DNA of 64,000 nucleotides from an uncultured bacterium (GTDB lineage Bacteria; Chloroflexota; UBA5177; JANWHV01): NCBI GenBank assembly GCA_963827235.1, contig CAWHAE010000009.1, positions 1,088,001 to 1,152,000 of the forward strand, read 5' to 3'. Shown piece by piece: positions 18,830 to 30,463 of this stretch (position 1 is its first letter; each line of letters starts with the position of its first letter). The notes under the pieces were generated by a model. It saw only the letters and a program-made list of their open reading frames with translations, ran no database searches and was not told where the DNA came from. The position numbers and the translations under genes were made by a program.

Positions 18830-19560
18830 GGAATCGCGAATCCTTTCGACTTAAGCGTTTCCCAGAGGCGGTTGGCCTCACTCCCGAAGAAAGTAACCTG
18901 ATGGTCGCCGTGCGGGCCCGCATCGCCGAGCACCAACGTGACCCTGGTCTGCTGAAAGTGGCGAAGCCCGCCTACAGCCTCCTCCACGCTGCGGAAGGCC
19001 TTCCGAATCCTCCCGATGGCCAGTAGCCGGTCGCCGATCTGGATGCAACCCTCGTGCGGGCCGGCGGCGTCAACTAGCGGCCCGAGGCGCTCGACGATCG
19101 TGGCGTTTCTCCTTTGCATCTCCTTAGCTCCAACGGATAGGTGCCCTCGGGCTGCGGATGACAGGCAGCCCGAGGGCTGAAAGCCGGCCGCGCGCTGGTA
19201 TGAGCAGCGCCGGCCGGCGAAGATTGCTGGATGCACTGCCGCCTGTGCGACGCGAGGTCGCGCGCTCGCAACCCGCTTCGATGGCCCCACGCTGGCTGTG
19301 GCGGCAGACCGGGTAGGATTGTCTCATCGGGGTTCCCCCTCATAGCTCCTACATGCCCTGATAGGGGGCCCGGAGCCGGTGCTGGAGGGACGCCAGCTCC
19401 GGGCCGGAAGATGGCCGGGTGACAAGGAGAGCACCGCCCGGCCGGGAAGTGGTCAAGTCCTGCTGGATGATGGTGCTCTCTCAGCACCATGAGCCGTTCC
19501 ACAGGGCTCAAGCAGAGCCACGGACAATCCGGGGCTGACGACACGGCTGCTGCCGGCATT

Positions 19561-19655
19561 ACTGCCATACTGCCACCCTTACGGGTGGTGGCAGTGGCAG
19601 TCAGTAAATTGCCCACTGCCATGGCAGCGTTTGGCAGTAACGTGGCAGTGGCAGT
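19561..19655. repeat. Iteron cluster, putative replication origin of the element
   Basis: About nine ACTGCCA/TGGCAG(T) units in inverted arrangement directly downstream of the helicase gene. Confidence 0.7.
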
Positions 19656-19661
19656 ACACAT

Positions 19662-21172
19662 CTAGAAATCGTTCTCCGCTTCGTCCAGTTGTTGTCGCTC
19701 GTGGGCAGACCACGGGCGAACCGCGCGTCTTCGATCGACTATGCCCGGGCTCCAAGCCTTGGGACCTTTCGGTGCTGCCTTGTAGCGCTGGCGGTTGCCA
19801 CTGGCCTCCGCGACAATCAGATCGAGGTCTAGCAGGGTCTTGCGTGACCTGTAGAATGTGCGCTCGCTGATGTCCAGGGCTGCGCATGCCTTCTGCCATG
19901 CCGTGGCGGAGACACTCCCGGGCCCGAGCGTCTCTAGCTCTGCCAGCACTGCGCGCACTGTGTCTGTCAGTGGGCCCGAGTTCGCCAGGTTCAGTAGCTC
20001 CCAGTTCAAACACAAGTGACGTAACAGCCGGGCCGTCTAGATTTACGACTTTGCCCTGGACGCGAATCGGTTCGAATTCGCCTGCGTCCTTTTGTTTCAC
20101 GCAGGTGATAGTCGCAGCCAGATCGCCGCACTTCTCAATGCCGATAATGGTGTCCAGCGCGCCTTCGAGTGCGCAACTGCCGCGGACGCCGCCACTCTTC
20201 GCCGAGTGGTGCAACACCAGTACGCAGCCGCCGGTCGTAGTACGTATGCGGTCCATAGCGGCCACGAGCAGGCCCATGTCCTGGGCGCTGTTCTCATCGA
20301 ACCCTACGTAACACCGGGCCAGCGTGTCCACAACCACCAAGGCCGGCATCTCAGACATGTCGCTTGAGGGTGCTGATCAGAGTGTCGAGCTGCTCTGTCT
20401 TGCACACTTGCACCGCACGAGGGATGATCTCAAGCTCGTCAGGGAGAGCGACTTCATGTTGCTTCGCCCATGCTTGGAGGCGCAGGACACACCCGTCGCC
20501 GCCCTCGGACAGGATGTAGAGCACCCGCCCCTTTCGCGTCCTCCTCCCGAAGAAGTGGCGTCCGCATGTGACGCACAGGGCCAGATGAATGGCAACGAAC
20601 GTTTTGTACTCGCCCGGTGGAGCGACGATCGCGCTGGTTGTGCAGTCCTGCAGGAGCCCTTCCACTAGAAACGTTGGCCGTGGTCGTTCGACGTAGGCGG
20701 TCGCGGAATAACGCTGAAAGGTCTGCGGCTTCGACTCCGGCCCCAGCTGATCAGGATTGGGCATGGCGTCGAGTACCCATGCGGGTAGTCGACCACGCCG
20801 ATCATGTGGGCAAATGCATCTGCCCGGCAGGCCGTCCTGGCTGGGCGCAATGCCGCCGCACGCCGAACAGCGAACACTATCGGGGATGTCCTGCGTATTC
20901 TCGGGCAGCAATAAGCGCTTGGGAAGGGCGCCCACGATACGGCGGCCGAACGCATCGTGCTCGCATACGCAAAACGACAGCGAACCGTCTGGCACGGGAG
21001 CCTCGCCCCCGCATCGTGGGCAGTATGCGAGCTCGTTGGCGTCGAGAGGCGCGTCTCTCGCGTCGCCCAGGCCTGTGCTGTCGTTAGGTGCTAGAACAAG
21101 CGCCGCCAACGCCGGCCCCGATCTGCTCGGCTGTCGCGTTGCCTGCGACGGTTGTGTCGTCCTCACGCGCAC
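19662..21172 (-). CDS. AAA_25 (RepA-like) replicative helicase with N-terminal Zn-ribbon repeats and C-terminal wHTH (two frameshifts)
   Basis: FLVEGLL...APPGEYKT Walker A, VLYILSEG, LVVVDTLAR Walker B, DENSAQDM, VLVLHHSAK..RGSCAL; assembled from ORFs 21172, 20358 and 20015. Confidence 0.8.
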
Positions 21173-21292
21173 GCTCTGCCTGGCGCTGTTTCAGCGCTAG
21201 GAATGCACGCCATACCACGTCGGAGATGGCTTGCAGAGCCTCGGCCGTATCGACCGCGATGTCACATCCTGAGTGAGGAAGTGGCGCGGCCA

Positions 21293-21472
21293 TCAGACTG
21301 CTGCTGCGTGGGGGCCCGCGGCCAGCCTCTCAATAGCCTCCCTCGGGATCCGCCAAGTTCTACCGATCTTGGTCGCTGGCAGCCTACCCGTCCGGATCCA
21401 GAAGATAATCGTGGACTGGGGGGCGTCAAGTAATTTCGATGCGGTTTCGACACGTACCGTAAGCGCAGACAT
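21293..21472 (-). CDS. Excisionase-like helix-turn-helix protein
   Basis: ASKLLDAPQSTIIFWIRTGRLPATKIGRTWRIP, HTH_17/Xis signature. Confidence 0.8.
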   Translation of the reverse strand: MSALTVRVETASKLLDAPQSTIIFWIRTGRLPATKIGRTWRIPREAIERLAAGPHAAAV

Positions 21473-21571
21473 CGCCGGTGCTTCCACTTCGCCTCCTATA
21501 GCTGAGTGACTCGATGCAACTGTCCCTACTGCTATGGAAGCACAGTACGGCGCGGGGCGACGTAACCCCAA

Positions 21572-22498
21572 TCAGCGGGGATTGGTTTCCTGCTCGTCAC
21601 CTGAAAACATGCACTCACAGGGCAACTGGAGGGGACACCTCGGCATGAGCCATTGAACGGCTTTGATATCGTTCTCGATCGCCTTCTCGATAGCTTGCCG
21701 GGAGGGCGGATCTCCGGGCCATATCTTTGCGGCCTTCTGGCTTAGGGGAGTGTTTTCTGGCTCGAAACCAATAGCGTAGGCCAGTTGGGCGGGTGTGGAG
21801 TTGGGCTTCTGCTTCAGCCACCACTTCCAGAGCGCTGCCACTTGCGACTGTTTGGTATAGTTCGCCGCGCCCCTATTACCGCCGCGGGATCGTTTCCCCG
21901 GCGTGGGGCGCAACAGCGGAGCAATGCGGTCATCGAAGACACGATTGATCGTGGCACGGAGTTGGGCCTTGGCGAACTCGCGGTTCAATCCGTAGGGGAT
22001 TCGGAACTGCAGCAGGATGGCGTCGACGGGGTCTTTAAGCTCGCTGCTTCTTGCCTCGCTCCAACAGTCGGATCCGTAGCACACGGTGGCCGGCACGCAC
22101 GGCCCAGAGTCGGATGGGGGGTTGGGTTGCACCACGCGTGCCTCGCGCACGAGCACATCCACAGCGGCACGCCACGTGCCCTCGATCACGGCGCGCCTGA
22201 AGGCCCGCAGCAACAGTGACATTGGCACACGACACGGGTTGTCCACCATGCCTGCGTAGCGGCGCCAGAGCGCTCGCTCGATGGCGTCCAGAGCAGTAGC
22301 ACGCTGCTCTCCCCCTTGTGCCGCAGCAGCCTCCAGATGGTCGTGGCACTGCTTCAGATCGCACTGAAGCGACCTCAGCCTGCCGAGAGCGCTCGCCATT
22401 GCCTTGATATTGCCTCGACGGCCCTGTTCATCGGCTGTGAATGATCGGAACCCGTCGTTTTCCCACTGCTCATCAGGTACACTCTTTTCAGCCATCAC
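21572..22498 (-). CDS. Hypothetical protein
   Basis: 308-aa ORF co-oriented with the element genes; no motif recognised. Confidence 0.5.
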   Translation of the reverse strand: MMAEKSVPDEQWENDGFRSFTADEQGRRGNIKAMASALGRLRSLQCDLKQCHDHLEAAAAQGGEQRATALDAIERALWRRYAGMVDNPCRVPMSLLLRAFRRAVIEGTWRAAVDVLVREARVVQPNPPSDSGPCVPATVCYGSDCWSEARSSELKDPVDAILLQFRIPYGLNREFAKAQLRATINRVFDDRIAPLLRPTPGKRSRGGNRGAANYTKQSQVAALWKWWLKQKPNSTPAQLAYAIGFEPENTPLSQKAAKIWPGDPPSRQAIEKAIENDIKAVQWLMPRCPLQLPCECMFSGDEQETNPR

Positions 22499-22604
22499 TT
22501 GAGCCCTCCAGCGGCTCGCGATGCGTCAGCTTTCGTGGACAGGTCGCCGACGAGCTACTCGGCGATTGCCTGGAAGTCTGGATCTGGCTTTCGGCGCCGC
22601 GCGC

Positions 22605-23045
22605 TCACGGTTCCTCGTCGCACACCACGAACCGCGCGGGGGCTCCCGGCCCGACCGTCTGCAAGTTGCGCACGAGACCGATCCTCGTCAATGCCGCCAA
22701 ACGCCGGCTTGCCAGACCGCGGTCGATACCCAACGCGCTCGCCACGGTGCCCAAGGTGACGCCAGGTTCACCCTCGGCGGGCTGCAGGCGCTTGACGGCA
22801 TCGAGCACCTCACGCTGCCGCTGCGTCACGCCGCCGGCGCGGCCCCCACGCGGCTTCCCGCGAGCACCCAGCGACCCCTGATACTCCGCGACCCACGCGG
22901 GTGTGGACAGCCATTCCAGGCCAGGACGGACAGCTCGGAGCCTCCCGGACTTAGCGGCTCTGAGCAAGGTCGTTGTCGACGCGTAGCCAAATTCTCTTGC
23001 CAGCTGTCGAACTGAGCACAAATTCGAGATCCCCGGTTCCGCCAT
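22605..23045 (-). CDS. Double-HTH DNA-binding protein (Xis-like plus LexA/MarR-like winged helix)
   Basis: SVRQLAREFGY..TLLRAAKSGRLRA and TQRQREVLDAV...TLGTVASALGI...RLAALTRIGLV. Confidence 0.7.
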   Translation of the reverse strand: MAEPGISNLCSVRQLAREFGYASTTTLLRAAKSGRLRAVRPGLEWLSTPAWVAEYQGSLGARGKPRGGRAGGVTQRQREVLDAVKRLQPAEGEPGVTLGTVASALGIDRGLASRRLAALTRIGLVRNLQTVGPGAPARFVVCDEEP

Positions 23046-23160
23046 TGCCCCTCCCGCCGGACATGCCGCCGGCCACGGCGCCAACTCTCGCACGAGTGCC
23101 CCACTGACCCGTAGCTGGCAGGCCGGACCGGCGGGGCGGTAAGGGGCAAGTCCCCAATGA

Positions 23161-23561
23161 CTACCTATGCGCGTCGCGAATCAAACGTCCCCAGTTGCAG
23201 TGATCGACACTGAGCCGGCCCTTATACACGTCCACCAGTGCGAGGTGACGGTTGCCGCAATAGTCGCATGTCCGGCGTATTGGCCGTTCGCTGGCCTTGA
23301 GCTGGCGATAGTGGCCGTCGCGCCAGAAGACGAGCTCTGCGGGAACACCGGGAGGTGCCGCCGCCACTTCGAGTCCACCTCCGGGCCTGTATACTGGCGG
23401 CTACGTGCAAGTGCCGAAAGGGCCCGGCACGCGTCAGCCAGGATGTGCTCAACGTCCGCGTCTGCCGCGTACGACCGCGCTATGTTGGCCAACTCGTCGG
23501 AAAGCGCATGGGGCAGCGCATCCGGCCTGCCGTCTGTTACGAACGAAACTGCTGTCGCCAT
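23161..23561 (-). CDS. Hypothetical protein with C-terminal CxxC (probable frameshift ~23360)
   Basis: MATAVSFVTDG... continues into ...RRTCDYCGNRH. Confidence 0.4.
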
Positions 23562-23631
23562 TCTTCTATTCTTATCCTCGTGTGAGCGGTAAGGCTCGGC
23601 TAGGTCCAGCCTCCCAGGCCGTATTCCGTAT

Positions 23632-24102
23632 TCAGCGATCGCAAAATGCTTCGTGAAGAAAATCAGCGAGCAACATGCCGCACGTTGGGCGGGCATCGGC
23701 AGACTTCGGGGCAAGGGTCGGCGCCGAGGAGGGCTGCGTCTCAGGCTCAGGCTGATCCGCGTGCGCAATACCGAGGTCGAGCACCGGCGGCGTGGCAAAC
23801 ATACCGTGTCGCACGGCCAAGGCAGTGACGGCTTCATGCTTGAAAACGCGACCACGCAGGCTGGTCGGGCAGTCGCAGACGAGGTGAAGGCATGCGCGGG
23901 CTCCCGTGCCCGAGAACGCCACGGTGTAGCCGCCATCGAGCCAGCGGCCGCCTTCTACGGTCGCGGTGCCGTACACGGCAGGATTGTCGGTCTTGAACGC
24001 CACAAGCCGCTCATCCGCAGCGCGAACGAGGGCCCTCAGCAGGGCGACCTGCCTGCCGGTGAGCACCGGGCTGTGGGGTTTGAGGCTGTCAAGTGATATC
24101 AT
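23632..24102 (-). CDS. SWIM-zinc-finger-like protein
   Basis: AAGGAGG RBS; YTV...CDCP...FKH, a degenerate SWIM motif. Confidence 0.55.
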   Translation of the reverse strand: MISLDSLKPHSPVLTGRQVALLRALVRAADERLVAFKTDNPAVYGTATVEGGRWLDGGYTVAFSGTGARACLHLVCDCPTSLRGRVFKHEAVTALAVRHGMFATPPVLDLGIAHADQPEPETQPSSAPTLAPKSADARPTCGMLLADFLHEAFCDR

Positions 24103-24206
24103 GGCGGTGAACCTCCTTAAAGGGTTCGTGAGCGGCTCCCTGACTTTTGCGGGTGGGGGAGCCGTTCGGCGTTTCTCAGAGAGGACCGGTGTCCTCATCT
24201 ACATAT

Positions 24207-24235
24207 ATTATAGGTCGACTGACCGATAATGTCAA
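24207..24235 (-). promoter_or_regulatory. Perfect-consensus sigma-70 promoter driving the element's replication/packaging arm
   Basis: Minus strand TTGACA-17 bp-TATAAT; overlapped by the inverted repeat GTTGAC-N11-GTCGAC. Confidence 0.85.
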
Positions 24236-24587
24236 CGGGTGGCCGGGATACTGCGGCGCAACTGTCGACCCGGCTTGGTGCTCTCCTCAATCATGCGACT
24301 GGGCCCCGCTGCGCCCGAGCCACCCCCAACGGAGATAGAAAGCCCAGTATCGCCACGCTTGACTAGGGACCATGGCAACTAGCGCGGCCCGCGCCCCGGC
24401 CGGGTGCTGGCCTGTGTGGCAAAATGGGCATAAGCCTAGCCGCTCCTGGGCGCTCAGCACAGCGTTGCACGTGGTGCTACTATGGGAATCGGTCCTGTGC
24501 GAGGGAACACCCATCGTCGCATCGAGCCCTGGTCGTAGACCGTCTCTCTCGCGGGCACGTGCTCGCGTGTGTGATAAGGGGTGCACC

Positions 24588-25570
24588 ATGTTCTGCGGTC
24601 AATGCGGGCTTCACGTCGATCCGGAATATCGGTTCTGTCGTCACTGCGGTGTCCAACGTCGCCCCCGACCAGCCGTACCGGTCGAAACCCAAACTACCCC
24701 CGCGGCGTCGACCACGACCCAGGTAGCTACCGCGGCGCCGCCGCAGGCCGGAGCGGCTGCAGCGGTCGCCACGCCACGCTTGACGTCGTCGTTCGCCCGG
24801 AGGTTGCATCTACGGGCTGGGATGGCGGCACAAGATGCTCTCGAGCGGCATCGCGGTGCTCTACTCCTCGTTGGCGCCGGGCTAGCCGCCCGTCGAGGGC
24901 CTTGCTGTCAACCCGCCGGCAACTCTGTGGTATCGACGAAGGTCGCCGAGGCCGTGGTTGCGCCGGCCAGGCCCGCTCCTGCCAGGACTGGGGCCGCCGG
25001 GCTGGCCCGTGCCGCTGGTGGTGTCGTCATTCAGGGCTGGCTGCGAGCCTGACTCATGTCTCGCCTACAGCCGGTGCACGTCCATCTGCGCCCACAGACC
25101 CGCCCACGAGACGCCCGTCCCTACCAACACTCCCAAACCCGCGTGCACGTCAGGGCCAACGGCGCCGCTTTCAGCAGCGCCGTGGGATGCGACTGCAGCG
25201 ACCTTCCAAGACGCAGGCCGCCAGGGCTCTGACCAGCCGGACGACACGAGCGGCGACCCGATCTCCTGGGCCTGCAGTGTCGCCAAGTTCCTGGGAAACG
25301 ACCCGACTGGAAGGGGACACAGCCGGGTGGGAACAAGTTGGCTGCTTGGTGTATCCGGCGCGTACACGGGTGGTACTGGCGATGGCGAAGCGCTTCTGCT
25401 CGTGAACCCGTTCATAGATCCGAGCGCCATGGATTCTGGCGATGACCTCGCGGTGCGTGGAACGGTGGGCTACCCCTACCGGCTACGAACGCGTTTGGAG
25501 GCACGATCATGGTGCCCCCGATTCGGGTCGTGTCACTGGTTGACAAAGGGCACGATTCCAACGCGGGCTA
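24588..25570 (+). CDS. Zinc-ribbon membrane protein (frameshifted; 3' end approximate)
   Basis: MFCGQCG...FCRHCG N-terminus, hydrophobic segments, Pro/Thr linker and an extracellular-like domain; the only plus-strand gene recognised in the element. Confidence 0.5.
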
Positions 25571-25655
25571 GCGCGCAGCCCGGAGCGGCTCAGGAAGGTC
25601 GTCCGCGCGCTGTCACCCAAATCAGGCCGCACGTAGGGCGCCGCAGCCGCCGCGA

Positions 25656-27981
25656 TTAGCCGGTCAGACTGACGTAGTTCCTCTGCTGCACCGACAGGTT
25701 GTCGAGCACGGCCGTGGTGAGCACGCGGCTGTCCATCTGCAGCGTGAGCTGAATGGGCGCCGTTGCGCTGCTCGAGCCACCAGGATAGCCCAGCGATCCG
25801 CCCGGATAGCTGGTCGGCCGCATGGACGTGTTGGCCACGCTGTTGGCCATGGCGGTCATGGTGCTGCGCAGCCCGCCCTGCTGCCTGTCGATACCCAGGA
25901 TGAGTCCCTGCACCACGTCCTGGCCCATGTAGACCATCACACGCGCCGGGGATGCCCACTTCAAGTACCCCCAGGTATTGACTTGATCAGCCCACGATCG
26001 CTGATCTTCTTCTTCAGCGTGTCCACATGTTCTGATACCGTTGAGCAACCCCTGCATGACATCCGCACCAAACGTGTACAGAAGATTCAGTGCTCCCTTG
26101 GTACCGCCCAGCACGTTCAGCAGGTCGGTCGTCAGGTGCTTGAGGACGGCACTGCCCGTGACGGCACTCTCCATGGAGCTGGCCCAGCCGGTAACCATGT
26201 TCGCGCCGTAGCTGCCCAGCACCTTGAGGGCGCCTGCCGCGTTGCCCATGGCATTCAGCACGTCCGTGGTCAGACTGTTAAAGGTCGTCTTGACCTCCGC
26301 GGCGGCGCTGTCATAGAGGCCCTTCACGAGATTGACGCCCGAGTCCTTGATGCCGCCCAGCCCCGCCCAGTTCACCTTTTCCAGCGCACCGGCCAACGTC
26401 CCGGTAAGCCCAGACACATTGATCGCGCCGAGACCACCAGTGCTGTACCACCGAACAAACTACCCATCAGATTCTTGATGAACTTGTCCGCGCTGAATGC
26501 GGCCGGGCTGAGAGCATTAAACACATCCGCGATTTTGCCTAGAGCAACGGACCGGCTGACGTGAACCAGCCAGCGAAGTCGAACAACTTGCCAAACAGAT
26601 GGGCCGGAAACTTCACGATCGGAATGTTGACGTTGTCGAATGACTTGCCGATCGCCGTGGCGATGCTGCTAATATGCTCGGTAATCCACGACGCTACATC
26701 GAAGAGCTTGCTCAGCGACTGGAAGCCACGCCTACAGCGGTGCCAGGCAGATGGATTGCAAACTGCCAACGTCCAGTGCCAGGCTCTTGATCGGTATCTC
26801 CTTCAGCTTTCCAACGGCCCCAGTCACCGCTTTCCAGAGGCCAGTCAGGTCGATGCTGGGCCACTTGATAGCTTTCCATGCATCAGCCACCGCTTTCGCG
26901 AGGCCACTCAGGTCGACGTTGCCCCACCCGCTACCCGAAGTCACCGCTTTCCAGAAGCCACTCATAAGCCACCCACGTCGACGCTGGGCCACTTGATAGC
27001 TTTCCAGGCATCAACGAACCAGCCACCGAGTGTCTCAGCGCCGCCGGCAACCGTGGCCTTGAGACCGTCCCACAGGTCGCCCAGCGCCTTGATCGCCTGC
27101 GGAAGGCTGAAGGTGATGCCCAGGTGAATCGGCCCGATGTCCGTGCCCAACGTGAGCCACGGGCCGCTGCTAAAGGTGCTCTTCGGCGGGGCGTACTGCG
27201 CGAAGTAGGTCCAGAACTTCTGCGCGTACACGGTGGCCTGCGCCTCGATGTTGATCGGGATACTGACGTTGTTCGTGCCGCCCGTCACCGTGGTCTGGCC
27301 CCCGCTTCCACCCTGGCCGCCCGTGCCGCCTTTGCCCCCGGTGCCACCGCCGCCCCCGGCGTAGCTGTTGTTCGTGGTGTTGTAGGAGTTGATGACCGGC
27401 GCGAAGGTCATACCGCCAAAGGTCTGCTTGAAGTTCTCGGTCACGCTCTTGACCGAGTTGGTGACCGTGCTGATCGCCTCATTGATCGTCTGGCTCACCG
27501 AGTTGGAAACGTTCTGTACGTTCGTCGTGTCCGTCTTGAAGGTCAGCGTCACGGCGTGGTCGTCATAGTAGCGTTGCAGGTTGGCGATCCCGCCCGAGGT
27601 GTAGTTGTACGCGTTGGCGATGGTCACCTTGACGCGTGGTCGTCGAAGTACCGCTGCAGGTGGTCTGCACCCCGCCGGCGTAGTTGTACGCGATGGAGAT
27701 GGTCGCTTGACCGCATGGTCGTCGTAGTAGCGCTGCAGGTTGCTGACACCACCTGATTGGAAGTTGTAGCTGTTGGCGATAGTGGCCTTGACGGAGTGGT
27801 CGTCGAAGTACTTCTGCAGATTCTGCGTGCCGCCGGCGTTGAAGCTGTAGGTATCTGCGATGCGCAGCGTGAATGCATGACTGTCGAAGGACTTCTGCGC
27901 GTTGGTGATGACCGACGACAGGTCCAGGCGCGGCGCGATGGTGATGGTGACCGTCGGTGTTGCCACGCCGATGTTCGTCAT
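25656..27981 (-). CDS. Second tape-measure-like protein with four 27-aa repeats (multiple frameshifts)
   Basis: Starts at an ATGA overlap; AWKAIKWPSID repeats; C-terminal SPARVMVYMGQDVVQGLILGI and IQLTLQMDSRVL motifs typical of tape measure protein ends. Confidence 0.55.
27545..27870 (-). repeat. Four ~81-bp tandem repeats encoding TIANxYNxxxGGxxNLQRYxDDHAVK
   Basis: Anchor (G/A)TGGTCGTC at 27556, 27636, 27715 and 27796 (spacing 80, 79, 81). Confidence 0.85.
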
Positions 27982-30463
27982 GCCGCCTCCACCGCCAGCG
28001 CCGCCGCCACCTCTGGCCGGATCAGTGGAAGAATCGCCGGAATGGTGACCGTCGTCGGCGTGGGCAGGATATCCTTGAGCGTGTTAGCCATGACCAGCTT
28101 GACGGGCTGGCTCAGGCTCGGCAGCTTCTCCTTGGCCAGTTCCTTGAGCGCGGTGAGCAGCTTGTTGGCCGCCGTCGTCGCCGCGTTGAGACTGGGGATC
28201 AGCTTGTCGACGATCTCGGTCGTGTATGTCTTGGTCGCCGTGGTGACCTGGTTCTGCACCTGCGTCATGGTCTGCTGCAGGTTGACATGTGTCACCTGCA
28301 CGGGCCGCAGGTAGCGGTCCATGGTATCGCCGAGCAGGCGGAAGAAGGCCAGCATGTCGGTGATGGCGCGATTGGCGCCGGTCACGCTCGTGCCCACGGC
28401 CGCGAAGCCGCCGGTCACCACGCCGCCCGCGATGGCGCTGGAGATGGTCGCCATCTGGCTGCGCAGGTTGGCCATGCGGTCGGTCATGCCCAGCGCAGGC
28501 CGGCCATGATCTCCGTGCCGATGTCATGCATCACGCCGGACGGGGAGCTGATGCGCAGCCCGCTCTTATGCGCCTGGACCACCGCATCGGTCACCTTGGT
28601 TGACGCACCGATGGCCGTATCCACGCTGGCGGTCATGCCGGCGGCCAGGCCGTCCATCGCCTGCTTGCCGCCGTTCTTGAAGGACAGGATCAACTGGTCG
28701 GTGAGCTTGGTTTGAATCGTGCCGGACAGGCCGCCGAACTCCGGCAGGTTCTTCTCGATGGCGGCAATCTGATCCTGGAGCGCCTTCTGCTGAGAGGGCG
28801 ACTGCTTGTTCATGTACGACTGCGCTTGGAGCAGGTTGCCGCCGGTGTAGGGGGTGTACGCCTTCATGGCGTTGTCGAGCGCCGGGATACTGGTGAAGCG
28901 ATCCTGCAGCTTCTGCGCCACCACGCCAACCAGCACGACCGCGGCAGCCGTGCCACCCGCTACCGCGAGACCCGTCAATGCCGTGGCACCCAGACCGGCG
29001 CCGCCCGCGGTAGGCAGCGCCTTCTTGACCATGTTCTCCACGCTGTTGGCAGTATTGCCGCCGCTGCCGCTGACATTCACGACGTCGGCCTTGACTTCCA
29101 TAAGCGCGGTTTTCATCCCGCCGCCGAATGCCTTTTCGAGGTCCTTGGCAACGCTCGATCCGCCGCCGGTGATCTTACCAATACCTGCGATCAGGTCCTT
29201 GAACGGCGAGGACACCTTCTCGATGCCCTTGAGCGCCAGACCCACGCCACCAATGGCAAGGCCGACCTCAAGAATCTTCTTGGCTGTCTCGGGATTCTGC
29301 TGGGTCCACTGCGCGAACTTGGTCACGATCGGCGTGACATCCGCGGCGATTGTGGTGATCGTAGGCAGGAACGCCTGACCAAGCTCGATGGCCACGGTCT
29401 GCGCCGTGGCGTTGAACTTGTCGAGCTGGAAGTTGAGGTCGGCCTGCACCTTGGCCCAGCCCGAGGTCAGTTTCGCCGCGCCCTGCTGCTGCGTGCCGAT
29501 GCTGCCCACATCCCGCACGTACTCGCTCATATTCGGGATCAGGTTGAGTGCCAGGGCACCGCCGCGCGTGCCGCCGAAGGCCGCTACGAGGTTCTTGATC
29601 ACGTCCGCGTGGGTCATGCCGGACTGCGAGGCCCGGTCCATGGCGGTGCGGAACATGTCGAGGGCGTCGGTGAGATCGCCGGACGCCAGGGTGCTGCGCA
29701 GCTGGGCACTGTTGACGCCGAGGTTGCCCAGCGCCTTGGAGGCAGCGGCGGATGGGTTGATCAACTGCTGCAGCCCCGCTTGGATCGCCGTGGCCGCTTT
29801 CGCTGCAGGTACCCCATGCGCCGTCATGTCGGCTTCCGCTGCAGCGACTTCCTGGAACGGGATGTGCAATGCCGCGGCGTAGGGCAGCACCTTGGAGAGG
29901 GAGGACGCGAAGTCTTGCATGTGCATCTTGCCGGCGGCCACAGCACCGATCATCTGTCCCGTGACACCGGCCGCAGCACTCGCCGACTCGTGATAGTCCT
30001 TGAGCGCGGTCGTGAGGCCATCGGCCACGGACGTCTGATCCGCCAAGCCCACCTTCGCGCCCTCGGCGCTGGCCTGGAGCACTTGCAGGCCGGCGGCGGC
30101 GTGGAAGCCGGCGGACTCGATGGGGTACATGGCCTTGGCGAGGTCGATGGCATTCACGCCGACGTTCCCGGCCATGGTCAGAATGCCCTGATTCACCCCC
30201 TTGATGTTCCGTTCGGCTTCCCCTGCGCCAGTGACCAGTGCGGTGAGCTGCTGCTGGAAATCGCCCGCCTGCTTGACGCTGTAAGCGATGGCGCTGGCGG
30301 CAGCCGTGCCGATACCGAGCATGACGTTGGAGAGGCCGGAAATAGCGCTCTTCGTGCTGCCATGCAGGTCGTCGACGGCGGCCTTGGCCTCAAGCATGCC
30401 GCGCTTGAAACTGGAATCTTGCAGGGTCAGCGTCGCACGCAAATCGGCGACAGAGAGACTCAC
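27978..30463 (-). CDS. Phage tail tape measure protein, TP901 family (frameshift ~28495)
   Basis: VADLRATLTLQDSSFKRGM N-terminus; AKAMYPIESAGF...GKMHMQDFASSLSKVLPYAAAL..FQEVAAA TP901 core; ISSPSGVMHDIG motif continuing into ORF 27978..28487. Confidence 0.85.
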
